A model generated the notes under the pieces. That model had not been told where the DNA came from. It saw only the letters and a program-made list of their open reading frames with translations, and ran no database searches. A stretch of DNA of 64,000 bases, from the NCBI GenBank assembly GCA_030753015.1, contig JASMDC010000010.1, positions 1 to 64,000 of the forward strand. Reading direction: 5' to 3'. Shown piece after piece: positions 56,154 through 64,000 of this stretch (within the stretch, counting starts at the first letter, position 1; every line of letters starts with the position of its first letter). A program made the translations under genes and the position numbers. This stretch comes from Candidatus Undinarchaeales archaeon. GTDB taxonomy: Archaea > SpSt-1190 > JASMDC01.

Positions 56154-57509
56154 TTACTTCTCCTCGTCCTTCTTATCTTCTTCTTCCTTCTCAGGTTCCT
56201 CTTCCTTTTCCTTCTTCTCGGGCACCTTCTTGGCCGACTTCTCCTCTTCCTCTTCTTCTTCCTTCTCAGGCTCCTTGCCCGCAGGAGCATTGGTGATGAG
56301 GGCCAGGAGGGCCGCCACCACGCACAGACCGGCAGCGATGAGGAAGGCCTGGTCGTACACCTGAAGGGTGTCTTTTACATAGCCTCCGAGCATGGGGCCG
56401 AAGATGCCGGCCACACCGTAGGACGTGAACACCCAGCCGTAGTTGATGCCGATGTTCTTGGTGCCGAAGAAATCGGCGGTAGCGGACGGGAAGAGGGCGA
56501 AGTTGCCCCCGAAGTTGAAGCCCACGAGGCAGGCCACGCCCATGATGGCATAGTAACCGGTCACCTGGGTGAGGCCGAACATGGCCCCTGCCTGGAGCAG
56601 GAACATGATCATCATGGCCTTTGCGCGACCGATCTTGTCGGAGGCAGCGCCCCACACGATGCGGCCAAGTCCATTGAAGATGGAGAGCATCCCCACGATG
56701 GTGATTGCCTTGCCACCGGCATCGGCGATGTTCCCTGCGGTGAGGATATCCTGAGAGAAGCCTTTGATGTGGCCGATGGTCATGAGGCCGGCGGTGGCCC
56801 CTATGATGAACATGAACCAGAGCAGCCAGAACTGCTTGGTGCCCAGCATCTCTCCCCACTCGTAGTTGTACGAGGAGGGGCCGCCCGCCTTGGCAGCAGG
56901 CGGCTCCCATCCCTCGGGCTTGTAGCCCTCGGGCGGGTTCTGGAGCATCTGTGCGGCCAGTGTGACCACCACAAGGAAGGTGATACCAAAGTAGAGGAAC
57001 ACGTTGTACAGGCCCGGCTCGGGTGCAGTCGCGATCACGGGGATGAGCTTGGAAAAGATGTACGCGCCAGCACCGAAGCCCGCGACGGCAAGACCCGAGA
57101 TGAGCCCCCGCTTGTCGGGGAACCACTTCACGAGGGCGGCGATTGGGCACACGTAGGCGAGGCCGATACCAGCGCCACCGATGATACCATAGGTGAGCAC
57201 GATCCAACCGGTCGTCGGGGGTACGCCCTGACTGGCGAGGATGTAACCGATACCGTACAGGATACCACCTACCGTGGCGACCTTGCGTGGTCCGGCCTTG
57301 TCCTGCCAGCGGCCTGCGAGCACCATGACCACCGCGAAGGTGGCAAGGCCCACGGAGAAGGGCAGCGATGCATCCTGGTGGCTCCATCCGAAACCCGTTG
57401 TGAGCAGGCTCTTGATGGGGCTCCAGGCGTAGATCACGCCCAGGCATAGCTGGATCGCGATAGCGGCTATGACTATGTTCCATCGGTTCGTAGTAGTCTC
57501 TCTTGACAT
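56154..57509 (-). CDS. MFS transporter, OFA (oxalate/formate antiporter) family, with a charged C-tail
   Basis: LCLGVIYAWS, GRWQDK.GPR, KWFPDKRG, NGLGRI.WG..SD. Confidence 0.92.
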   Translation of the reverse strand: MSRETTTNRWNIVIAAIAIQLCLGVIYAWSPIKSLLTTGFGWSHQDASLPFSVGLATFAVVMVLAGRWQDKAGPRKVATVGGILYGIGYILASQGVPPTTGWIVLTYGIIGGAGIGLAYVCPIAALVKWFPDKRGLISGLAVAGFGAGAYIFSKLIPVIATAPEPGLYNVFLYFGITFLVVVTLAAQMLQNPPEGYKPEGWEPPAAKAGGPSSYNYEWGEMLGTKQFWLLWFMFIIGATAGLMTIGHIKGFSQDILTAGNIADAGGKAITIVGMLSIFNGLGRIVWGAASDKIGRAKAMMIMFLLQAGAMFGLTQVTGYYAIMGVACLVGFNFGGNFALFPSATADFFGTKNIGINYGWVFTSYGVAGIFGPMLGGYVKDTLQVYDQAFLIAAGLCVVAALLALITNAPAGKEPEKEEEEEEEKSAKKVPEKKEKEEEPEKEEEDKKDEEK

Positions 57510-57626
57510 GGGATCAGCTACAGCACGAAACCGCCCTGTCACCTTTAAAAATGTTGATTTGGGGGGCGATGAATCTTTGGAGAATGCCTAATCCATATTA
57601 CTTGGAATTCGAAGTGCTAACCTATT

Positions 57627-58895
57627 CTAATCCGGACCTTCCGATGTTACCTCGCTGACATGGCTCGGAACGGCCTGCGCCAGGACGGATCCCATCACGC
57701 ACAGTCCGCCGGCCGCCAAGAACGCCCTGTCGTAGACGAGCAAGGTGTCTTTGACCCAGCCGCCGAGCATAGGGCCCGCGACCCCCGCCATCCCGTAGGC
57801 GGTGATCACCCAGCCGTAGTTCACGCCTAGGTTCTTGGTCCCGAATAGGTCTGCTGTGGCGGAGGGGAAGAGAGCGAAGTTACCTCCGAAGTTGAAGCCC
57901 ACCAGGCAGGCGGCCGCAAGGACGGTATAGTAGGACGAGGTCAGGGTGAGGGCGACCATGGCCCCTGCCTGGAGCAGGAACATGAGGCCCATGGCAGAGG
58001 GCCTTCCGAGCCTGTCGGAAGCGGCGCCCCACACGATTCGGCCAAGGGCATTGAACACGGAGAGCATCCCCACGATGGTGAGGGCCTTGCCCGCTGCGTC
58101 CGTGACACCCTGTGCCTCCAGGACCTCCTGGGAGAAGCCCTTGATGTGGCCGATCGTCATGAGGCCTGCAGTGGCCCCGATGAAGAACATCGCCCAGAGC
58201 AGCCAGAACAGCCGTGTGCGGAGCATCTGGCGCCAGGGGACGTCCGGAGCGGCGTGTGCCGCGGCCTCGCGCGGCGTCGGCACCCATCCCTCGGGACGGT
58301 AGCCCTCGGGGGGATTGCGGAGGAACTGGGCGCCCAAGGTCACGACCACCAGAAAGATCGCACCGAACCAGAGGAACACTGTGTATAGCCCCGGGTCCGG
58401 CGATGTCGCGAGCATGGGGATGAGCTTGGAGAAGATGAACGCGCCAGCACCGAATCCCGCGACGGCAAGACCCGAGATGAGCCCCCGCTTGTCCGGGAAC
58501 CATTTCACCAGGGCGGCGATCGGGCAAACATAAGCGAGCCCGATACCTGCACCGCCGATGATACCGTAGGTGGTCACGAGCCAGGCGAGAGTGGGGGGAT
58601 GACCCAGGCTGGCGAGGAGGTAGCCGAGGCCGTAGAGGATACCGCCCGCAGTGGCCACGCGCCGTGGTCCGACCTTGTCCTGCCACCTGCCGGCGTACAC
58701 CATGACCGCTGCATTGACCGCGAGGGCGACCGAGAATGGCAGGGATGCCGCGGTATGGCCCCAGCCGAATCCCGTGGTGAGCATGCTCTTGATAGGGCTC
58801 CAGGCATAGACGACACCGAGACAGAGCTGTATGGCGATGGCGGCGATCACTATGGTCCAGCGTTCGGGGATGTGACTGTGCGGCTTCGGGGCCAC
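57627..58895 (-). CDS. MFS transporter, OFA family (tandem paralog)
   Basis: same motifs; long identical stretches shared with the neighbour. Confidence 0.92.
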   Translation of the reverse strand: MAPKPHSHIPERWTIVIAAIAIQLCLGVVYAWSPIKSMLTTGFGWGHTAASLPFSVALAVNAAVMVYAGRWQDKVGPRRVATAGGILYGLGYLLASLGHPPTLAWLVTTYGIIGGAGIGLAYVCPIAALVKWFPDKRGLISGLAVAGFGAGAFIFSKLIPMLATSPDPGLYTVFLWFGAIFLVVVTLGAQFLRNPPEGYRPEGWVPTPREAAAHAAPDVPWRQMLRTRLFWLLWAMFFIGATAGLMTIGHIKGFSQEVLEAQGVTDAAGKALTIVGMLSVFNALGRIVWGAASDRLGRPSAMGLMFLLQAGAMVALTLTSSYYTVLAAACLVGFNFGGNFALFPSATADLFGTKNLGVNYGWVITAYGMAGVAGPMLGGWVKDTLLVYDRAFLAAGGLCVMGSVLAQAVPSHVSEVTSEGPD

Positions 58896-58988
58896 GGAAG
58901 CTTGCCTGGGTAGCCCTCCTTATGAACCTTCCCCGGGGGTCAATGGGTGAAGCTTGAAAAAGCAAGAAGTACTCCGGAGTCAGTGCAC

Positions 58989-59552
58989 ATGGACCTACAG
59001 CTCACTCAAGAGCAACGACGTCTGCTGATACTCATCCATACATACACGGCTCCACGGGACGATGGTTCCCAGGTATGGCTCAAGGACCTGCCGCTGCGTG
59101 CGCTGATGTACGACGGTATCGTCAAGAAGGTGTTCGACTGGGACTACTCGCCCACATCTGTGTTCGTCCATGGGATTAGGCGTTTCATCAATATCAGCCA
59201 GGAGGGGGAGCACGACCTCATCGAGCTGCGGGAGGCGGGCCTGGTCGACAAGCTCCGCATAACCGCCACAGAGCACGTCCCTTCGAAAGCTTACCGTTCC
59301 AGTGTCGAGGGGGCCGCCGTCGTGGCCGACTTCCCCGAAGAGGACCGGAAGACCATCATAGACCTCATCTCGTGCCTGCGTTGCGAGAGCGCCCGGGAGG
59401 TGCGGGTGACGTCCAGTGAAGCGTTCTACTTCTGCAAGGACTGCGAGAGCACGGAGCACATCGGTCTGTTCAATATCGAGGACGTAGCGTACGTCGCACG
59501 GCCCTATTTACCTCGAGTGCTGGGTGTGGGATCGACGGGGGGTGAGAGCTGA
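58989..59552 (+). CDS. hypothetical winged-helix-like protein with a C-terminal Zn ribbon
   Basis: DLIELREAGLVDKL..Y..S.EG wing pattern; CLRC...CKDC. Confidence 0.75.
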   Translation: MDLQLTQEQRRLLILIHTYTAPRDDGSQVWLKDLPLRALMYDGIVKKVFDWDYSPTSVFVHGIRRFINISQEGEHDLIELREAGLVDKLRITATEHVPSKAYRSSVEGAAVVADFPEEDRKTIIDLISCLRCESAREVRVTSSEAFYFCKDCESTEHIGLFNIEDVAYVARPYLPRVLGVGSTGGES

Positions 59553-59554
59553 GC

Positions 59555-61345
59555 ATGGAGATCATCGATGAGCTCGAAGAGCTCGTGTTCCTCGAGAACC
59601 CACGTATCCTGGTGACCGAGTGGATCCCGTGCGGGAGGAACCAGATCCTATCGCTCACGGACGGGCTCGAAGCTGTGAAGGAGGTCAATGATTCCCTCTA
59701 CACGACGACGATGGACGTCCCCAACAGGCTCCACACACTGGTGACGGGGCCTGTCCTCACCAAGCTCCAGATGCAGGACCACGATCCTGCGAGCTACATA
59801 CGCTTCCATGCCAAGGTGTTCTACCCCGAGACCGTGCACCAGGTGGAGGAGTTCGGAGTGCACGTGGACTGGACCGGGCGCATCATCTACGGTCTGATCC
59901 TGGAGCAGGTCGAGAAGCGCAAGAAGCGACAATCACTGGACCACATGTCTCGGGTCGTGGCCGACATCGTGCTCGACACGTCAACGATGATCGAGACCAT
60001 GCTCTCGGTGTTCCAGCGGGACGTCCTTGATACGGTGTTCTTCGAGAACCCCAACGAACGGAACAAGTTCGTGACAATCATCGCGGAGCGGATGACGCCC
60101 AAACGCAAGTCCCCCGCGGACTACCTGACCGAACGGCGCCTCAAGGGCGAGATCAACCAGGTCATCGAGAACGTGCACAAGGCAGAATCCCTGAGCGATG
60201 GCGAAGCCGTCTTCCTGGGGACCAAGGGCATAATCCTGGTGTCCCCGGAACCGACGAGGTACGAGGAGGTGCTCTCGCTGTTCAACGGCCTCCAGGCCCT
60301 CGACATATTCCAGCGTAACATCCACGCACGGGTGGGTGCGCTCTGGGACGAGATGCGCGAGACGCGTCGTCTCACGGAGGATGTCTCCGAGCTCGACATC
60401 CAGCGTGTGTCGGAGGCACAGCACTCGCTCTCCCAGATGACCGACCAGCTCCTGGCCATCGGGGAATGTCTGCGGTACATGGAGGACGCGTTGGAGGCGC
60501 TCAGTAGCGAGTGGAGGGAGCTGCGGGAGCGACGGGCCGCAGAGATAGTCCACCCGGGCGTCTCGCGTCTGCTTAGCCTGCTCGACATCGGCAATACGCT
60601 CGATCTCACCGGACACCGGACACGTGGTATCGGCCGCACCCTCGTGGGTCTCCAGAAGGAGGTGAGCGGCGTGAAGGAGCTGGCCTCAACCATCGGCGAG
60701 CGTCAGATGCGCCACCTTAACGAGAACCTCCAGGAGAACATCGTCCAGATGGAGACTATGAGCCGCTCGTCCCAGCGCACCAGCGTGGCCATCAACATGC
60801 TCCAGCTCATCCTCGCGGGCTCACTGGCCTTCGACATACTCAAGACGCTCTCGGGCGATTACGAGAACACGGTGTTCAGCTCCGTCGCCAGTGAGAACCC
60901 GGTGGCATGGCTCGGGCTCACGGTGCTGGTGTGGGTCGGTCTGGCATCCATCTTCTTCAACATCATCCGACCCATCGAGAAACGACGGGAGAAAGGGCTG
61001 CATGCTCGCGTGAAGCTCAACGCACCATATGACAATGATGCGCTCAAGTCGTTCCTCAGCACCCGGGAGATGCTCGTTCAGGAGTCGACATGGGACCTCC
61101 ATCACCACGTGTTCAGACGATCGTGGAGCGAGCGGGGCGAGGGTTGGCGGAACAACGAGGTGACCATCCAGATCGATTACGACGAGCTCACAGGGCTCTT
61201 CCGGGACCTCGTCGTGAGCATACCCGCGCCCCAGTACATCGATGAGAACGACGCGATCCAGATAGCACTGCTGGACCTGGTCACTGCCGATGTGCTGGAG
61301 CACAGGACGCTGGACGCCTTCCGGGAATTATCGGGTCACGAATGA
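59555..61345 (+). CDS. hypothetical membrane protein with CorA-like architecture (soluble domain, long helices, 2 TM)
   Basis: 596 aa; coiled-coil region followed by two hydrophobic segments; 2 nt after the upstream stop, GGTGA RBS. Confidence 0.75.
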   Translation: MEIIDELEELVFLENPRILVTEWIPCGRNQILSLTDGLEAVKEVNDSLYTTTMDVPNRLHTLVTGPVLTKLQMQDHDPASYIRFHAKVFYPETVHQVEEFGVHVDWTGRIIYGLILEQVEKRKKRQSLDHMSRVVADIVLDTSTMIETMLSVFQRDVLDTVFFENPNERNKFVTIIAERMTPKRKSPADYLTERRLKGEINQVIENVHKAESLSDGEAVFLGTKGIILVSPEPTRYEEVLSLFNGLQALDIFQRNIHARVGALWDEMRETRRLTEDVSELDIQRVSEAQHSLSQMTDQLLAIGECLRYMEDALEALSSEWRELRERRAAEIVHPGVSRLLSLLDIGNTLDLTGHRTRGIGRTLVGLQKEVSGVKELASTIGERQMRHLNENLQENIVQMETMSRSSQRTSVAINMLQLILAGSLAFDILKTLSGDYENTVFSSVASENPVAWLGLTVLVWVGLASIFFNIIRPIEKRREKGLHARVKLNAPYDNDALKSFLSTREMLVQESTWDLHHHVFRRSWSERGEGWRNNEVTIQIDYDELTGLFRDLVVSIPAPQYIDENDAIQIALLDLVTADVLEHRTLDAFRELSGHE

Positions 61346-61659
61346 TCGTGAGCTCGACCGGCGGTCCTTTTCTCCGGACGCAGCGTGCTTGCCGCTTCCT
61401 CTGCGGTCATCTCGTGGCGCCAGACGGCGGCGAGCAGTTCTTGGACGCTAATGTCCGCGGTCTTCGACTGATGCGCCCCTTCGCGCTTTCGGGGCGTTCG
61501 CTCCTGTGACCTTCTCTTCTCCGGGTCCTTGCTGAGGTAAACGGCCGACCACCGTGAGCCCTTTCGATGAAGCCTTCCCTGTTCTATCAGCGTGGTGAGG
61601 GTGGTGCTGGCGCGGAGGCAGGAGAGGATGGGTCCCCTGGTTATGCGCTCGGGTCTTAT
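61336..61659 (-). pseudogene. internally deleted copy of the 24911-25489 HTH gene
   Basis: start ATG>ATA; aligns with both the N- and C-terminus of the solo gene with 96 codons missing. Confidence 0.8.
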
Positions 61660-61700
61660 TATGATATAGTAAGCAGTTAAAATAATAATACGCCATAGCG

Positions 61701-63629
61701 TCAAGAATCGGTTGGGGCCAGAGCCATCTGGCCTGCCAATAGCGGTCGATTGAGATGTGAAATAATTATGTGTGATTCAACATCCTTGAGCACCCTTCTA
61801 CAGACTTCCTTGAACGTCTCGAACTCACCCTCCCCCCTAGCCCTCGTGACGTCGTATCTGCACCGTGCATCCTTGAACTCTGCTGTCAGCCTGTCCACTT
61901 CGTCCTTCGGGATGGTACCGAGCTCCTCGGGCATGCGATCGATCGAGCCGAACATAGTCTTCACGTACTCGTCGGAGTGGAGGTTCTGGACGAGGCACAG
62001 GAGCACCCCGTATCTGTTCAACTCGTAACCGGTGTCCTTCCTTCCCGTCCGCTTCCTGATGCCGGTCTTGACCCGTCCGAACCTGGTATCGAGAAGGCTT
62101 ACAGCCCGCGGCACGGCAATGTTCTTCGTCTTCCCGTCCACGTTCACGGTGATGTTCGGCACCACGAGACCTTTCCAGTGCTTCTTGATGTGATAAAGAA
62201 CGACCTCTTCCTCGGGAGTGATGGTACGCTCCTTCCTGACTTTCTCGAGCCTGTCCCTGAGCGCCGCCAGCTCACGTTCCATCACCGTCGCCTCCTCGTC
62301 CGACACGAGGAGCTGGTCCCGGGGTATGTCGCCCTTGTCCTCGCTCATCCTGAGGACCCCTCTCAGCTCAGAGAAGAGCTCGTAGGCGTCCGCAAGCCGT
62401 CGTCCTAGTGTGTCAGCCGACCTGCTCTCCCTGCTGTTGAATGGGCGCTCGACGATCCTGCGCACCGTCTCGATGTCCCCCGTGTCGAGTCCTGCCCGCT
62501 CCGCCGTCCGTGCGATCATCGATGCGGCCCCCTGCGCCTGCCGGCATCTTCGGTAGAGGTCCGCCCAGGGAATGCTGTAGGGGAACCGGAGCCCGTGCGC
62601 GTCCTCACGGTAGTTGAGGATCCACGACACGAGGTGATAGGTCTCTGCCAGGACGACCGTCCCGTCGTCCTCCACAGGCGCACCCCCCTTGAGGGCGCAC
62701 ATGGTGGCCCTCAGGTCGACGTCCCGCTCCGCGGCCTCGGCGCCGATCTCCTTGCGCCGCCTGTCGAGGTCGGGTCTGATCCTGAGGTCGATCATGGCCT
62801 TTCTGAGCTTCATGTAGGTGTCCTCCATCACATCCTCGCCGACATCACGGAGGAAGTGATAGTTGCACTCCCGGGTCGGAAGATCCGGGAACACGCGTTC
62901 GCCCGCCTTGCGCAGTCCGAGCCCCATGTCCCTGACGAAGGCGAGCGGCGTGCCCGCCCGCTCCTTGATGTCCTCGAAGTACGGACCGATGTGCTTACTG
63001 CTCTCCGACGGTATCGGGCCGCAGGAGAGCGCCCAGCCCGTGAGGAGGTCCATCAGCAGTAGGATGCGGTCACTGCCACCGTCGCCCGTCCCGTCCGCGC
63101 CAAGCACGTAGCCACCGTTCTTGTCCATGGCCTCCACCAGCCGGCCGAAGTGCCGGCGGTGGTACAGCTCGAACCTGGCGAGGAACTCGAGTGCGTGGTT
63201 GCTGACGGTGCCCGCCGACAACGGCACCCCATGCCGCCACCGCATCTCACCACAGGTGTCCTCCCGCGACCGATTCTCCAAATATCGCATCATACCGACG
63301 GCGCACACCACGTCCATCGTGAACCGCGCCTTGCCGCGCGTCAGGCGACGGAGTTCGCAGGAGGTGTACTCCAGCACATGCCCGCGCTCCAGCTTGTACT
63401 TCGGGTCGTAAAGATGGACGATCCGGGCGACGAAGCTCCCGTACCGGACCGTGTGCATCGTGCGCGTCGTGGTCTTGAGCACGCAAAGCTCCCAGAAGCG
63501 GTCGTCATCGACGAGCTCGGGCTCAGGGTAGAAGTCGATGACGGGAGGCTCGTCGCCCAGCAGCTGCGCCCGGTCGATCAGCTCGGATTCGGCAGCACGG
63601 ACCTCGGCTAGGACCCGGAGCGAAAGCCC
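61701..63629 (-). CDS. DDE transposase (IS256/MULE-like motifs), -1 frame relative to OrfA
   Basis: ADGT, VRDMG, CNYHFLRD; frame open back to the A-run at 63630-63637. Confidence 0.85.
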   Translation of the reverse strand, partial: GLSLRVLAEVRAAESELIDRAQLLGDEPPVIDFYPEPELVDDDRFWELCVLKTTTRTMHTVRYGSFVARIVHLYDPKYKLERGHVLEYTSCELRRLTRGKARFTMDVVCAVGMMRYLENRSREDTCGEMRWRHGVPLSAGTVSNHALEFLARFELYHRRHFGRLVEAMDKNGGYVLGADGTGDGGSDRILLLMDLLTGWALSCGPIPSESSKHIGPYFEDIKERAGTPLAFVRDMGLGLRKAGERVFPDLPTRECNYHFLRDVGEDVMEDTYMKLRKAMIDLRIRPDLDRRRKEIGAEAAERDVDLRATMCALKGGAPVEDDGTVVLAETYHLVSWILNYREDAHGLRFPYSIPWADLYRRCRQAQGAASMIARTAERAGLDTGDIETVRRIVERPFNSRESRSADTLGRRLADAYELFSELRGVLRMSEDKGDIPRDQLLVSDEEATVMERELAALRDRLEKVRKERTITPEEEVVLYHIKKHWKGLVVPNITVNVDGKTKNIAVPRAVSLLDTRFGRVKTGIRKRTGRKDTGYELNRYGVLLCLVQNLHSDEYVKTMFGSIDRMPEELGTIPKDEVDRLTAEFKDARCRYDVTRARGEGEFETFKEVCRRVLKDVESHIIISHLNRPLLAGQMALAPTDS

Positions 63630-64000
63630 TTTTTTTTGATATCGTACTCATGGATGATCCAGCGAACTCCACGCTCGTTCACATTCATTCCCTTGGAACG
63701 CACGAGGGGCATGAGCTCCTCCACCGAGGTCGCCCGGTGCTTGATAGCGAGCGCAAGCACATCGATGATCTTCCCCTTCGTCAGGCCCGGCGGACGGCCA
63801 ACCCGCGTCCTGAGTTCGGAGCCGCGTCTCTTCATCTGCACACGCCGTTTCCGGCTATTCATGCTGTAGTAGACGGCCGACTTACGGGCGCCCTCGCGAT
63901 AGAGCCGCCCTTTTCCCACACACGAGGACAGGTGGTGATGGATGTTGTCGTGGAGGCGCTGTTTGAGCTCCTTCGCTGTGACTCCTGCGTCGCTGTTCTC
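63608..64000 (-). CDS. transposon OrfA (HTH DNA-binding protein), 5' part outside the window
   Basis: ends YDIKKKGFRSGS; homologous to 24911-25489. Confidence 0.8.
   Translation of the reverse strand, partial: ENSDAGVTAKELKQRLHDNIHHHLSSCVGKGRLYREGARKSAVYYSMNSRKRRVQMKRRGSELRTRVGRPPGLTKGKIIDVLALAIKHRATSVEELMPLVRSKGMNVNERGVRWIIHEYDIKKKGFRSGS

Larger units (their letters stand above)
61691..64000 (-). mobile_element. large unclassified DDE insertion sequence (OrfA plus transposase), partial
   Basis: OrfA, A8G slippery site, transposase; abrupt GC-to-AT boundary at about 61691. Confidence 0.8.

Noticed and set aside
1-64000. tRNA, rRNA or SECIS-type RNA genes
   Set aside because: No T-loop/cloverleaf or rRNA-like segments seen; intergenic gaps are short and explained by promoters and hairpins

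Overview
GC-rich archaeal chromosomal window. Evidence for archaeal origin: a histone gene, a Hef helicase, S-layer-type domains, and short AT-rich TATA islands about 25 nt upstream of many starts. I found no rRNA, tRNA or CRISPR array. Both ends are mobile: a solo TnpB (IS200/IS605, IS1341-like) at the left, and at the right a large unclassified DDE transposon expressed by an apparent -1 frameshift. Housekeeping and metabolic genes fill the middle: purB, rdgB, tldD/pmbA, a Mo-hydroxylase operon, a fused oxoprolinase, metVF, pepT, and RND and MFS transporters. The most notable items: (1) a secreted 1550-aa thioester protein with GCGEQ, a C3/TEP-type catalytic His 114 residues downstream and an N-terminal S-layer-like domain, next to a single-pass FG-GAP/beta-propeller surface protein with N-glycosylation repeats and a Q-rich cytoplasmic tail; (2) a Trm112-like Zn-ribbon inserted inside a nucleotide-sugar dehydrogenase; (3) two clusters of unknown acidic tandem paralogs; (4) three homologs of the transposon OrfA (in-element, solo with its own operator, and a microhomology-deleted pseudogene); (5) an unknown winged-helix/Zn-ribbon plus CorA-like gene pair. 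All family calls come from motif recognition by eye, not from database searches.
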